A DNA stretch of 56,881 nucleotides from Stramenopiles sp. TOSAG23-3 (taxonomy: Eukaryota): contig LT642156.1 in NCBI GenBank assembly GCA_900128585.1, positions 1-56,881 on the forward strand, in the 5' to 3' direction. How positions within the stretch are numbered: the first letter of the stretch is position 1; the number at the start of each line of letters is the position of its first letter. Below are positions 1 to 10,708 of the stretch, one piece after another. The notes below the pieces were generated by a model, which was given only the letters and a program-made list of their open reading frames with translations, did no database searches and was not told where the DNA came from. The position numbers were made by a program, and so were the translations under genes.

Positions 1-130
1 TAGTGCAATTTTTGCAAGACTTGCAACGTTCACACGTAGAACAGTCGGTACAGCCTTCACACCCAGTGCACTCCTTACAGCCGCAAGCACCTTGAGGCGC
101 CGCAATCTTGACATCGTTCATCGTTGACAT
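1..130 (-). CDS. Cysteine-rich (Cxx)n protein, metallothionein-like; 3' truncated by window edge
   Basis: Not in the ORF track. Hand translation from ATG at 130: MSTMNDVKIAAPQGACGCKECTGCEGCTDCSTCERCKSCKNCT, open to the edge. GC-rich against an AT-rich upstream spacer. Confidence 0.75.
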   Translation of the reverse strand, partial: MSTMNDVKIAAPQGACGCKECTGCEGCTDCSTCERCKSCKNCT

Positions 131-1252
131 ATTTGTTCGTTTCTTTGGTTTATTTTGGTGTTGAAAATGATAATATTTTGTTAAGTTTCGTTTCTTTGTT
201 GAACGTTACGAGCATTTCGTTTCTTCATTGAATCATTTCCCCATTTTGACCGAAGCGCCGATGTAGAAGAAACTACGTAGACAATCATCGTCCGCGGTAT
301 GGTAGTAATCCTCGAAAATGTTTTTTACTATTATTATTATTTTTTTTTTTAATGCTGCTTTGTCAATGTTATTTGTTTTCTCTTCTGTTCGTTATATTAT
401 TATTTTCCTTTTTTTTTCTCTTTCTCTCTCCTTTTTTTTTCTTCTTTTTTTTTTTCTCTTGTTTGTTGTTTTGTTGCTGAAACAACAATAGTCCTAATAA
501 TAATATATTAACACAGCATTATTGGCAATTGGCAATTATCTATTACTCGTACATTACGTAGTACGAAATGTGGCTGGAATTTATTAATAACGCTTCTTCC
601 GACATTCACAAATGTATGTACATTACAATATAGACACAGCATAATTATTTATTAACTAGTTCTATTGATTATTATTACTTAAAATTTATTATACCGGTAG
701 TATTACAGGTACCGAGTATTCGTACGCCTCGTAGATACGACTGTTAATCGAAATTATGGTCTTCTTCTAAAAATTATTTACGTACTCGTACGAGTAGTAT
801 GGCAAAAACAACAAACCCTATTTTTAAACACATTGATGATCACTCTCTGATGACGACACGACGACCGCAAATAAAAAATAAATAAAAAAAAGAAGAAATA
901 CATTTTTTTTTTATTAATAATTATTACTGTATTATTTTTTCTCTAAAATATAATAGAGAATAATAATAATAGTAGTCGTCTAATAATAATAATATAATAA
1001 TAATAAAATAAAAAAATAATAAAAAAAGTTCTTCTTTTTTTTCTTCCTCCCCCCTGCTCCCCTCCCAAAGCAGCAATCCAATCTAGCTAATTCAATCAAG
1101 CTGATTGAATCTATCACGTACACGTACAAGGTGTAGACGATGTCCAGATACAAATGATAAATAAACGCACCCATTTTCGCTACAGTTTCAGAAGAAATCA
1201 ATAGAACTGGTGAATTGCTAATTTGTTCATAGACGGAGCCAAGCGGTATAAA

Positions 1253-4156
1253 ATGGAAGGGTACGAAGACATCTCTAGGAACGTGTTTTATCTTACGCTA
1301 CGGGAGGAGCACAATGACGTGTGGCAGCGTGCGATAAAGAATGGTTGGTTTGTTTGCATTCCCCAGAAGAGTTCCCTTCGTGGCATAATATCCAGGAAAG
1401 AATTTGAAAACCATGTTTTGCAGCCTTCGAAGTCGTTTCCTGGCGAATTCCTAACGCTCAACGGACGAACCGTCAACATAGTTGGAAACGAAATTGTCAC
1501 AAAGGCTGGCTTCCCGGAGGCACGGACGTCTAAAATATTATACTCTGAAGAGTACGTTAGCGAGCAGTGTAGCGACCATACTTGCCACTTGTTACATCTT
1601 GGGCGCCCATTGGAGGGAGGGGTAGATGCACCGTGTGGCACGGAAGAAATGAACCGTACCGTAATTCAAAAAATTGTGGCCATGCTAAAGTCGTACCCCG
1701 AGCACGAATCAATATTTTTGCGGTTGAGAGACTTTGTCGAGGAGACGAAGCAGTACTTTGATTTTCGGAGTGGGAGACCCTTGCACCCAAAATTTGAAGA
1801 TTTTGTTCGGTACGAAATGCAGTATGCATGCGAAACGTTACTGAACTCTTCGTGCTTTCGTCACTTAAAGTCTAAATTGGGCCGGAAGAAACAGCGGGCC
1901 CAACTGTCCCAGGTTTTAGAAAGTTACATAATGGACGGGATCCACGACGTAGTGTTTCAGTGGGTCGCAAAACACGAAGAAGACCACGACATAGAATTGA
2001 CCAGAATATTGCAAGGCATGAGCACATGGACTCAGCACGACTTAGGAATGAGAATAGAATTTCAGTGCCCCCAGGAGGAGGCGGTGGGCGAGTTCCAGCA
2101 GCTGACCGCGTGCACTACCCCCTTGGAGAAGATGCTTTGTTTAAACAAGACCCACGACTTGATAAACCGCGGGGTTGAGAAGAATCTAACATCACGCTAC
2201 CTTGATATTGGGGCGCATCAGATGACCACCGATGACTTGCTTGATCAGCTGATTTTTGTTATTATAAGAGCTGCGAAGTCCGACAGTCATGGTCGTTCGC
2301 ACTTGGCAGCAAACATCAAGTACATGCAGAGATTCCACTTGTTGAACGTGAACACTACTGTGCTCGGGTACAACCAGGCGAACCTGGAGGTTGCAATAGG
2401 CTGGTTTCTGCTTAAGCGAAGACAGGTGGAACGACCGCTATGGGCGGACAACGACAATGCTCAAGGCAGTGCGGGAAACGGCACATTTGTGGTGCCAAGT
2501 GGTCTGAACCAGCAAAATCAAACCCCGCGGCGTCGGCGACGACGAACTAGCGGTGGGGATGCTGCTGCTGGCGGGCATGCACCCCCGCCCTCGCCGGCTA
2601 CAAACCTGAAGAAATCCCCTGCGCTTGGGGCGTCCCCCTCCCTTGCCCACGAGACGAGGCCCTGCGAAGGGCTTCTCCTAGGCGTTGATGGCATGGCAGA
2701 AAGTGGGCACCGGAACGGCGAAGCAGGCGCGAGCTCGGTTGGCGAGGCAGTCCAGGTGGCCTGTGGCGGACAATTTTTTGTTAAACTGGATTCGAAAGGG
2801 TACGTTTGGACGTGGGGCGTTCCGAATTGCGGAAGACTAGGCTGGCATGGAGTTGAAGAGTCTTCCAACAGCGACAGTGCGCACGCTGGAAGCTTACATC
2901 GGATTCCTCCTCCCACATTTGCCATGGATACGGTGGATGGGAAGAAGCGCACAACGACGCCGACGAGCAGGGAGAAGGCCAGCATGAGACCAAAATTGAT
3001 TCCTTCCCTTCGAAGTGTTTTCATTGTTGAGATCTCATGCGGTACCCACCACACTGTTGTTCGGGCGGCAAACGGAATTTTGTACGCATGGGGAGACAAT
3101 AGATACGGGCAGCTTGGGGTTGGTACAACGGAATGCGGGGATTCTAACCATCCGATTAAAGTCGACTTGACGGACTGCCCCACCCCTAAAATCAGCACGC
3201 TATCCTGTGGTAGCTCCCATTCACTAGCGATTACAAGCGACGGGGCCGTCATTTCCTGGGGAAACGGCGGCTCGGGTCGGCTGGGAAATGGGAGCACGGA
3301 GCACGTTGGCATCCCTACGGTCGTCAAGAGGACCGTCGATGGTGTAAATTTAGGGTTGGCGGTGTCGGTGGAAGGGGGGTGGAATCACTCTTTGGTAGTA
3401 CTTCACTCCGGGAGCGTTTTTGCATGGGGCTGCGGTGCTGACGGGAGGCTAGGGGTAGGGTCGTACAGCGACCAGCTTTACCCATGTCGGGTTCTTTTTT
3501 TCGGATCTAAGCCGGCGGAGGCGGGGCCAACTGATAACGTCGAGCAAGAAATTGGGGAGACGCCAGCATCCCCAAGTTCATTCGAGCAAGTGGATGATAT
3601 GTTTTATGCCTCGTCCAGTGCCGAAGCGTACAGCAAGCCTGCATACGCTTTGGCGGAAAGAGAGCCCCCTTTGGACTTGCGGATTGTCAAAGTTTCGGCA
3701 GGTTATGCGCACACAATTTTTCTTAGCTCGAACGGAAAATTGTTCGCAACTGGGTGTGGAATGAGTGGTCAGTTGGGCATTGTTGGGGCCGACGGAAAAC
3801 CCGAAGCCGTCTCTCTCGTTCCCCGACCTATAACGATAGAGTACTCTCTCAGCGCGGTCATCGTGGACATAGCTTGTGGGGACCATCACACAGCCTGCTT
3901 AACTGCCGGGGGGAAGTTACTGGCTTGGGGCCTGAATAAGGGAAACCCGTGCGGGCTAGATTCAAATGACCCATCGGTACAAAGCCCAAGCCGTGGAGGT
4001 GCTGGAAACGTGGTCACGGGCGATAGCGTCGATGGCTACCCCCTTGAACAGACGACTCCAACCGTTTCTTCAGTTTTTAAAGACCTGGGAAGGAAACCTG
4101 TCCGATTAGGGGCTGGGCCGAGCAGTACTTCAATTATTGTGAAGATGGAAAAATGA
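1253..4156 (+). CDS. VPS9-domain (Varp/ANKRD27-like N-terminus) Rab GEF with C-terminal RCC1 repeats
   Basis: VPS9 motifs TPLEKMLCL, MTTDDLL, LGYNQANLEVAI. Several RCC1 repeats (ISCGTHHT..YAWGDNRYGQLG; LSCGSSHS..SWGNGGSGRLG; IACGDHHT..AWG). First ATG at 1253; the ORF track start is TTG. Confidence 0.85.
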   Translation: MEGYEDISRNVFYLTLREEHNDVWQRAIKNGWFVCIPQKSSLRGIISRKEFENHVLQPSKSFPGEFLTLNGRTVNIVGNEIVTKAGFPEARTSKILYSEEYVSEQCSDHTCHLLHLGRPLEGGVDAPCGTEEMNRTVIQKIVAMLKSYPEHESIFLRLRDFVEETKQYFDFRSGRPLHPKFEDFVRYEMQYACETLLNSSCFRHLKSKLGRKKQRAQLSQVLESYIMDGIHDVVFQWVAKHEEDHDIELTRILQGMSTWTQHDLGMRIEFQCPQEEAVGEFQQLTACTTPLEKMLCLNKTHDLINRGVEKNLTSRYLDIGAHQMTTDDLLDQLIFVIIRAAKSDSHGRSHLAANIKYMQRFHLLNVNTTVLGYNQANLEVAIGWFLLKRRQVERPLWADNDNAQGSAGNGTFVVPSGLNQQNQTPRRRRRRTSGGDAAAGGHAPPPSPATNLKKSPALGASPSLAHETRPCEGLLLGVDGMAESGHRNGEAGASSVGEAVQVACGGQFFVKLDSKGYVWTWGVPNCGRLGWHGVEESSNSDSAHAGSLHRIPPPTFAMDTVDGKKRTTTPTSREKASMRPKLIPSLRSVFIVEISCGTHHTVVRAANGILYAWGDNRYGQLGVGTTECGDSNHPIKVDLTDCPTPKISTLSCGSSHSLAITSDGAVISWGNGGSGRLGNGSTEHVGIPTVVKRTVDGVNLGLAVSVEGGWNHSLVVLHSGSVFAWGCGADGRLGVGSYSDQLYPCRVLFFGSKPAEAGPTDNVEQEIGETPASPSSFEQVDDMFYASSSAEAYSKPAYALAEREPPLDLRIVKVSAGYAHTIFLSSNGKLFATGCGMSGQLGIVGADGKPEAVSLVPRPITIEYSLSAVIVDIACGDHHTACLTAGGKLLAWGLNKGNPCGLDSNDPSVQSPSRGGAGNVVTGDSVDGYPLEQTTPTVSSVFKDLGRKPVRLGAGPSSTSIIVKMEK

Positions 4157-4873
4157 TTCTGCCGCGCTACCGAGGCTTTAAAAACAAAATAATGCGCTGT
4201 ACAATCAAAGCTCTTTCCCAAGCCATTGAATAGGGTCCGATTTTAGTGGATTTAATACATAGGTGATAATAAGTACATTTATTAGTATACTATACTATGA
4301 TTCTATTATTTTTTCTAGGGAGACGTTTCGACGAGAGCAAGGATGCAAGTATCTTCGGCGCGGAATTGAAAAATGGTAAACAACTTTGTGTTAGCTGTTT
4401 CAAACGAAGAGATCTTTATGAAAAAAGGATAATTTTTATAAATTTAAACAGCCAACAGTGTTTCCTTATATATAAAATTCTGCCAGAACGGTTCATTTTT
4501 GTAACGCGAACAAATGAATAAGTGTTTGTTAGGGTGGCGTTTGGTCTAAATCGCCCATTTCACAAAAAATTGTCCCTAGGAACCACATTTCCAAGTCATT
4601 TTAGGGCAAACAATTTATAAACGTTCGTTCAGGCGCGGCCATCGTGCCAGGTGCGCTTGTCTGATCTAAACTTATATAGTTAGGCGTCCCCCTTGCTTTC
4701 ATTTGTAATTCTCTGGCCGAACACTTCCATACTTTGAAAATCGAGTTGGATTTTTTTTCGCGCCAAGGAACTTGAACACTTTATTGAACAGGTGTCTATC
4801 AAAGCCTTTTACTTAAAAAAAAACAACGACGGTCGTCGTGTCAGTTTTTTAGAAAATGGGAATTTTGTCATTT

Positions 4874-5228
4874 TTTGTTGTAAGTTTGTGTTGAAATATA
4901 TTTCTTTCATTTTTACACCGAAAAGAAATGTTAATTTATTTTAAGAGATGCTGTGTTAACGTAACATACCGATTGATAAAACAAAAAAATTGCAAAAGAA
5001 CTCTTGTTGTTGGTACATTGCAACAAAGTTGGTTCTTTTTTTTAATGCTGTGTATATGTATTGTACTTTAACCAAAATATATTCTTTGTTGTAACTTTTG
5101 TGTTGGAATATATTTCTTTCATTTTAATAACGAAGAGACTTGTTACTTTACTTTAAGAAATGCTGTGTATATGTATAATACCGATTGCAAACACAAAAAC
5201 AAAAAACAAACAAAATGCAAAGGAAGAA
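4874..5228. repeat. Imperfect direct duplication of a ~125-140 bp AT-rich unit (about 4874-5000 and 5085-5228)
   Basis: Both copies share tttgttgtaa..tttgtgttg.aatatatttctttcatttt..ttaaga.atgctgtgt..ataccgattg..tgcaaa in the same order. Confidence 0.8.
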
Positions 5229-5321
5229 TTGGTGGTGGTGGTGGTGGAATTGGAATATTAGAACATACGAAGCACCATAAGATTAGCAATATTGACAAAA
5301 CAGATATGAACTCGTATCATT

Positions 5322-7517
5322 TTACACACCATCTTTCTTTCTATGCACATCATCACGCATCGTTATTGCTCTCTCAACAACCCGTAAGCACGCATCCATC
5401 GAAAGCGCGCTTTCAAACGAAATAACACGCTGCTCTTGCACTTGATTTGAATCTTCAAGAATGAGTTGCAAAGTGGAATTTCGTTGCGTACTGAAACTTT
5501 GCAACGGGTTCACCTGGACCACAGTTTTGTTACCACGGATCAAATATCCATCGTTTCTGTATACCGTACTCGAATTGCTGACGGACCGGCGTGTGTCCGA
5601 AGAGTCAGCACTCATAACCGTATCGTACAAAATCATTTTCCCCCCAACCTCGCATACCATGTATTTTCGTTCCCATACTGCCCTGGACCAACACGAGCAC
5701 AAGATGGTTTCGTGCCGCTCGACCTCTACCCATTCCGCGACCGTTTCTATTTTTCCAGAAGAGCTCCGATGGGCTTGATAACCTTCAGACGCGTAAAGTG
5801 GGTTTTTTACAGAGTGACGGCCAGCTTTGTGCGTCATACCTTGACCAATACCAGCCAGCTCTGTGGTCCCCTTGAGTACTCGCATCGTGTTTTTGTCGTG
5901 TGCTATATCGACGGGGCGCATGTTGTCCCCTGCTCGTCGGCAGTGGACTTGGGCACCATGGCTGATCAAAACGTTGCATATATCCGTCCGGCCAGCCTTT
6001 GCGGCTAAATGCAGGGGCGTCTCCCCGGAAACGTTTGTCACATTGGGGAATGCGCCCGCCTCCAGAAGGAAATGAACGACGTCCGACGATTTCGACATTG
6101 CAGCACAATGTAGGGGGGTCTCGCACTTTGGATCACTAGATGCAGGGTTGTTCAGCAAAATGGCCTTTTCCACGATGGTCCTGTTCAGCATTTCCTTCGT
6201 CAGCTTTAAGTTTCCGCTTCCGACTGCCTGGTAGAATTCTTTGGTATATTTGATTCGGCGCTGTGCACGGTACTTCATGTTTTTAACTTTCATTTTGATG
6301 GTTATAAAGGTCTTGATGTTCTTCACGTTGAACGCTTGCAGGGCATGATCAACCTCATTGTCAGTTACCGTCAGCGCAATGCTGTTCCTTTTGACCATTG
6401 CCCTGGTCAACGTTTTTGCAGCACCATCCTCACCAGTGACCCAGGGGTGCAGCAATGCAGCTTTGCAGTCGATCCTCTTCGTCGGGTCGTCGTGCAGCAT
6501 CCCATCAATTAGGAGCAGAAACTGGCTGTCGTCAATCGATGAGGTTTGCGGGCATTCGCTCAATATGTTTCGACCACTTTTTCGATTTGGGTTGGCAATG
6601 GCATCGAACAACATCGGAAGGGACGCATCGTAAAAGGGGAGCTTGCCAGTCAGGCAAGACAAAAACGTAATCCCGACAGCCCACATGTCCGCCTTAAACC
6701 CGCTGTAGCCATTTTTTGGAATGTTCACACATTCCGGTGCGTAAAAATGATACGTTCCCTTGTCATCATGCAAATGAAGCATCTCTTGCTTGTTGAACAA
6801 GTTGTGAGGAGCATCGGGCTGGACAAGTTCCGACACACCAAAATCAGCGAGTTTGCAAACATTCCTGGAGGACAGCAGAATGTTTTCAGGTTTAATGTCC
6901 CTGTGGGCTATGTTCATACAATGCAAATACAGCAGCCCCCTCAAGATGTCCCTTGCGTACGACCGCAAGGTTTGCAACGGCACAAGCCCAGACTCACAGT
7001 GGGGCGATTTATAACCGCTGTCAGAAATTCGATCTAATATCTGACCTTTGCTGACATACTCCAACACTAAAAACATGGTGTGGTGGGCACGGCTCTCAAT
7101 AACCTCAAAAAGCTGGACTATGTTTGGATGGTTCAGTTTTTTCATCAACGCAATCTCCCGCCGGACCCAATCCATCGCCGATTCGCTTCCCCTTCCCTTA
7201 CTTTGTTTTGACAACACACTTTTTTTCAATATTTTCAGGGCGAAAGATTTTTTCTCCCCGTTCACCGTTCTTACGACGCGCCGCACCAGCGAAAACGCCC
7301 CGACCCCTATTGTTTCTTCTATACTGTACTGATTTAACGCCCCGGAAGACGCCGATATTTCGTTCGTGGTCAAGACCTCGCCTCTATTATGCTTTGCTAT
7401 TGCTTTCTGAAACCCTTTATCGGACGTTTTATTGATTTCAATATTCACTTGAGGCACAGAATCTTCCGTGGACAAGTGCCGGACGAGGCCCCGATTACTG
7501 TTTCCAACTTCCGACAT
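5322..7517 (-). CDS. CaMKK-like Ser/Thr kinase with ankyrin repeats and a possible C-terminal PH-like domain
   Basis: LNQY..IGVGAFSLV, FALK, REIALMKKLNHPNIVQLFEVI, HRDIKPEN, DFG, GTYHFYAPE, ADMWAVG. Ankyrin ETPLHCAA and GETPLHLAAKAG. WERKYMV...MDACLRVVERAI resembles PH. Confidence 0.9.
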   Translation of the reverse strand: MSEVGNSNRGLVRHLSTEDSVPQVNIEINKTSDKGFQKAIAKHNRGEVLTTNEISASSGALNQYSIEETIGVGAFSLVRRVVRTVNGEKKSFALKILKKSVLSKQSKGRGSESAMDWVRREIALMKKLNHPNIVQLFEVIESRAHHTMFLVLEYVSKGQILDRISDSGYKSPHCESGLVPLQTLRSYARDILRGLLYLHCMNIAHRDIKPENILLSSRNVCKLADFGVSELVQPDAPHNLFNKQEMLHLHDDKGTYHFYAPECVNIPKNGYSGFKADMWAVGITFLSCLTGKLPFYDASLPMLFDAIANPNRKSGRNILSECPQTSSIDDSQFLLLIDGMLHDDPTKRIDCKAALLHPWVTGEDGAAKTLTRAMVKRNSIALTVTDNEVDHALQAFNVKNIKTFITIKMKVKNMKYRAQRRIKYTKEFYQAVGSGNLKLTKEMLNRTIVEKAILLNNPASSDPKCETPLHCAAMSKSSDVVHFLLEAGAFPNVTNVSGETPLHLAAKAGRTDICNVLISHGAQVHCRRAGDNMRPVDIAHDKNTMRVLKGTTELAGIGQGMTHKAGRHSVKNPLYASEGYQAHRSSSGKIETVAEWVEVERHETILCSCWSRAVWERKYMVCEVGGKMILYDTVMSADSSDTRRSVSNSSTVYRNDGYLIRGNKTVVQVNPLQSFSTQRNSTLQLILEDSNQVQEQRVISFESALSMDACLRVVERAITMRDDVHRKKDGV

Positions 7518-8428
7518 TCTTCAACTTGGCGCGCTGTGTGCCGCCTTAAAATCCCTTGGAAACGATTATACGCGCAAAATATTCCTAGAAAAACTTCAAC
7601 GGATACTGTTCTTTGGTCAAGAATCCGGTAAATATTGTCATGTAGATATTCATGCTAGAAAATAGTTATTCAGAATTTAATTTCAACGGAAAAACGTTCT
7701 ATTATTAGAGGTAGGAGCTCTATCAAAAAAGTTTCTATTGTGTTTGTCGTTTGTCGTGTGTGGCTTCTTGTTTTGTTCGTTGTATATTTTTTTATATGAA
7801 GGAGGAGGAAATTAATCGGACTCCTATGAATATTTTTTAGTATACAAACTAGTACATATGTCAAATAAGAGTTTTGCGTTTTACACCACACAGCAATTGT
7901 AACACTAATACTACACACCATTAGAGAAATAAGAGGCTCTTATTTCAAATAAGAGGTCCCCTGCTAAAATCTTCGATTCTCTGTTCTCTGATGCACCCAC
8001 CTCAGTCTATTAATAATTTAATAACATGCAAATAACAAAGGGACATATAAAAAAAAGCAAAATTGGAATAGTTATTATATATTTACCATTACACATCATC
8101 ATATTCATAAATATGCTCTATTATTAATCCAGTGGAATAGACGACTAATAATAAAATATGCCACAAATGTGTATAATCTAAAAATGTAGTATGAGATGTG
8201 TACACACACAGTAGAAAAGAAAGAGTGTGTAAGAAAAAATATAGATGTCTGATAAAGTTCATACATTTAAGAATATGATTGATAAAACAAAAATTGAATA
8301 GAACTTGAAGCACACAAGCAAAAGTTTTCGAAACCCAGCTTCGTTTGATTCTTCATTTTTACTGTCTGTATCCTTTGAAAATTAATAAAAGTGCAAATAG
8401 TTTGCTTTGTTCATGACGTCGGCGCCAT

Positions 8429-10036
8429 ATGTTGAGATGTTCTAGTTCGTGGGTAAAAGGGTGCTGCAGCACAGCAATTGAAGAGAGATTCAATCGGATC
8501 CGTGATGAAAATCTACGTCGAGCAGAGCCATTGCTTCGTGCGCTGATGTTCCCTGACAATGTATGGGCGAAGCTGTGGGCCATTTTCATAACCCTTGATG
8601 AATCTGGTGACGATCTTATATCCTTCAGTGAATTTTGTGAATTTTTTTCATTGGAGAAAACTAATTTTGCAGAGAGATCATTTCTAATTCTGGACGGTGG
8701 GTGCGCAGGCGCACTGGATTTCTTGTCGTTTATCCTTTGCGCATGGAATTATTGTACTTATGACAAACGCGGGCTCGCAGCATTCGCGTTCAAGTTGTAC
8801 GATGTCGAAGGGCATGGAAAAATTGCCGAAGACACCATGCTGAAATTAGTGACAGATATTTATGACATTTCGCAGGACAGTGCGAGTTTAGCAGATTTCG
8901 GGATCGACTTGAGAAAGAATTCGAACGAGTATACGGTTGCAAAAGCTCGACGTGCCATTAAAGAGGCGGTTGGTCTTGATGGTTTTATGGATGTTAATGA
9001 ATTCATTACGTTTTCGAACAAGAACCCTATGATCTTACGCAGTGCCTACGTCATACAGCTAAGGTTGCAAATAGAAATTTTAGGTGTAGCTTTTTGGAAA
9101 GGAATGACTAGGAAAAGAAGGGAAGCGGAATTCGTCGCGAACGTCAGGGTCAATTTCCTCAACATTGAAAATCTAATGAGTGCGTTGAGGAATGCAAACG
9201 TTTTGCAGCCCCGTCGCCGCTCATCAAGAGGCAATAAACGGCTTAGCAAATTAAAGAACAAGCAGCACAAAGATGTGGCAAGAAACGCAACGCTATCGGC
9301 TCGAGACAAGAAAGCATTGAAAGAGAAGTATAAATTGCAGCTGCGGTTAAATCGGGAAGCCAGCAATATGCTGGAACGCTCAGATTCTGCAAATGTTATT
9401 CAGAGAGTAGAGCGTGGAAGACAAGCCCGAAAAAAGTTAAAAAGGAATAAACTGCAGCGACATGATTCCGCGAAACGCATTCAAGCTGTCCAGCGGGGGC
9501 GCTCGACGCGCAAGAGACTGCCTTTGGAGCAGAAGAAAATAGAGAAAGAATTACGAAAGCAGCTAAAACTGAACATAGACGTTGCCAAAAATTACCGCAA
9601 AGGAGACAATCGAAACAATAGCAAGCGTTCCAGTCACTCAGGTCGGTCAAGTCATCGTCGCACACCTGACTCAAAAAGGAGCAGTGCCCGTTCCATTGAT
9701 ACTCGAAATATCTTCTCGGTGGCAAATGGAAGCCAGCAATTATCCTCGCGAAGTAGCGGCAGATCCTCAAGCCGTTCTGGAACACGTTCTCACCCCTCGT
9801 CTCCCTTTGGCTCGGCGCGCTCAAACAGTAGTCGGGGTAGCGCTAGAGATGCAGGGATGCGCCGAGATGGTGGCAGAAGCCGAAGAGCCACCTACAAAGT
9901 GGAGAGTCGCATAATGACGAGAATTGATAGCGTTTCGACCCTCATAACCCCACCAGCGGGTGTGAATGGTTTTGACGAAGTTCCTGCCCATCTTCGAACC
10001 GACCAGTACGTGTACAACAAAGACCATAAAACATAA
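8429..10036 (+). CDS. EF-hand (calcineurin B/NCS-like) protein with IQ motifs and a basic Ser/Arg-rich tail
   Basis: EF loops DESGDDLISFSE and FKLYDVEGHGKIAEDT. IQ motifs IQRVERGRQARK and IQAVQRGRSTRK. Confidence 0.8.
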   Translation: MLRCSSSWVKGCCSTAIEERFNRIRDENLRRAEPLLRALMFPDNVWAKLWAIFITLDESGDDLISFSEFCEFFSLEKTNFAERSFLILDGGCAGALDFLSFILCAWNYCTYDKRGLAAFAFKLYDVEGHGKIAEDTMLKLVTDIYDISQDSASLADFGIDLRKNSNEYTVAKARRAIKEAVGLDGFMDVNEFITFSNKNPMILRSAYVIQLRLQIEILGVAFWKGMTRKRREAEFVANVRVNFLNIENLMSALRNANVLQPRRRSSRGNKRLSKLKNKQHKDVARNATLSARDKKALKEKYKLQLRLNREASNMLERSDSANVIQRVERGRQARKKLKRNKLQRHDSAKRIQAVQRGRSTRKRLPLEQKKIEKELRKQLKLNIDVAKNYRKGDNRNNSKRSSHSGRSSHRRTPDSKRSSARSIDTRNIFSVANGSQQLSSRSSGRSSSRSGTRSHPSSPFGSARSNSSRGSARDAGMRRDGGRSRRATYKVESRIMTRIDSVSTLITPPAGVNGFDEVPAHLRTDQYVYNKDHKT

Positions 10037-10708
10037 TTTTGACTGGGATGATTAGTACGTCATGTGTCGTTAAAAAATTTAGATTTTAAAGATAATTCTG
10101 TATATGCACTACTGAATTTAGTTTTGTTTTTCTTTGACTACTTGAATTGGTTTGTTTCATTTGTTAATATTTTAATTTTCTAAGTCTATGGTATACAGTA
10201 GCACTGTAGCAGTGATTAACAACCACAATTCAACAACAAATGATGATGATGGGATTCAGAATTTATCAAGTTGCTGCTTTGAAACCGTGTGCTGCTGTGT
10301 GTTGATGTCGTATAATATAGACTAATAATATTTTATATCAAAATAATCCAAGAAGAATAAAAATTAAAAAAAAAAAGAAAAAACTCCAAAAAAAAAACAA
10401 CAACAACAATTTTTAAATAATATAATATTAATACAAGGAAATAACGGACAGCAGGACAAATGATTTTTTTAATGATGATTTTGATGATGATGATTTAAAA
10501 TATGAATTAGAATATGAATTAGACGACGACTATTTGGAATCTATAATATAATAAATAAAGAAACAGAAAAATGTTTTTTAAACGAAAAATCATACCATTT
10601 GAGCTGAATAAGTAATTTGAACAGTTGTGCGTATAGAAACATTAAATTGTACAAAAGGTTTATTTGCTTTGTCAACCAATACGAGCACTAACTTCGATCA
10701 CTAAAAAA

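Noticed and set aside
4300-4810. Moderately GC-rich patch; the minus strand gives KGFDRHLF, like carnitine acyltransferases
   Set aside because: Stops follow quickly and no other family motif is present. It may be a decayed relic but cannot be supported.
7926-7946. 10-bp inverted repeat gaaataagag/ctcttatttc
   Set aside because: Single AT-rich instance with no other copy noticed.
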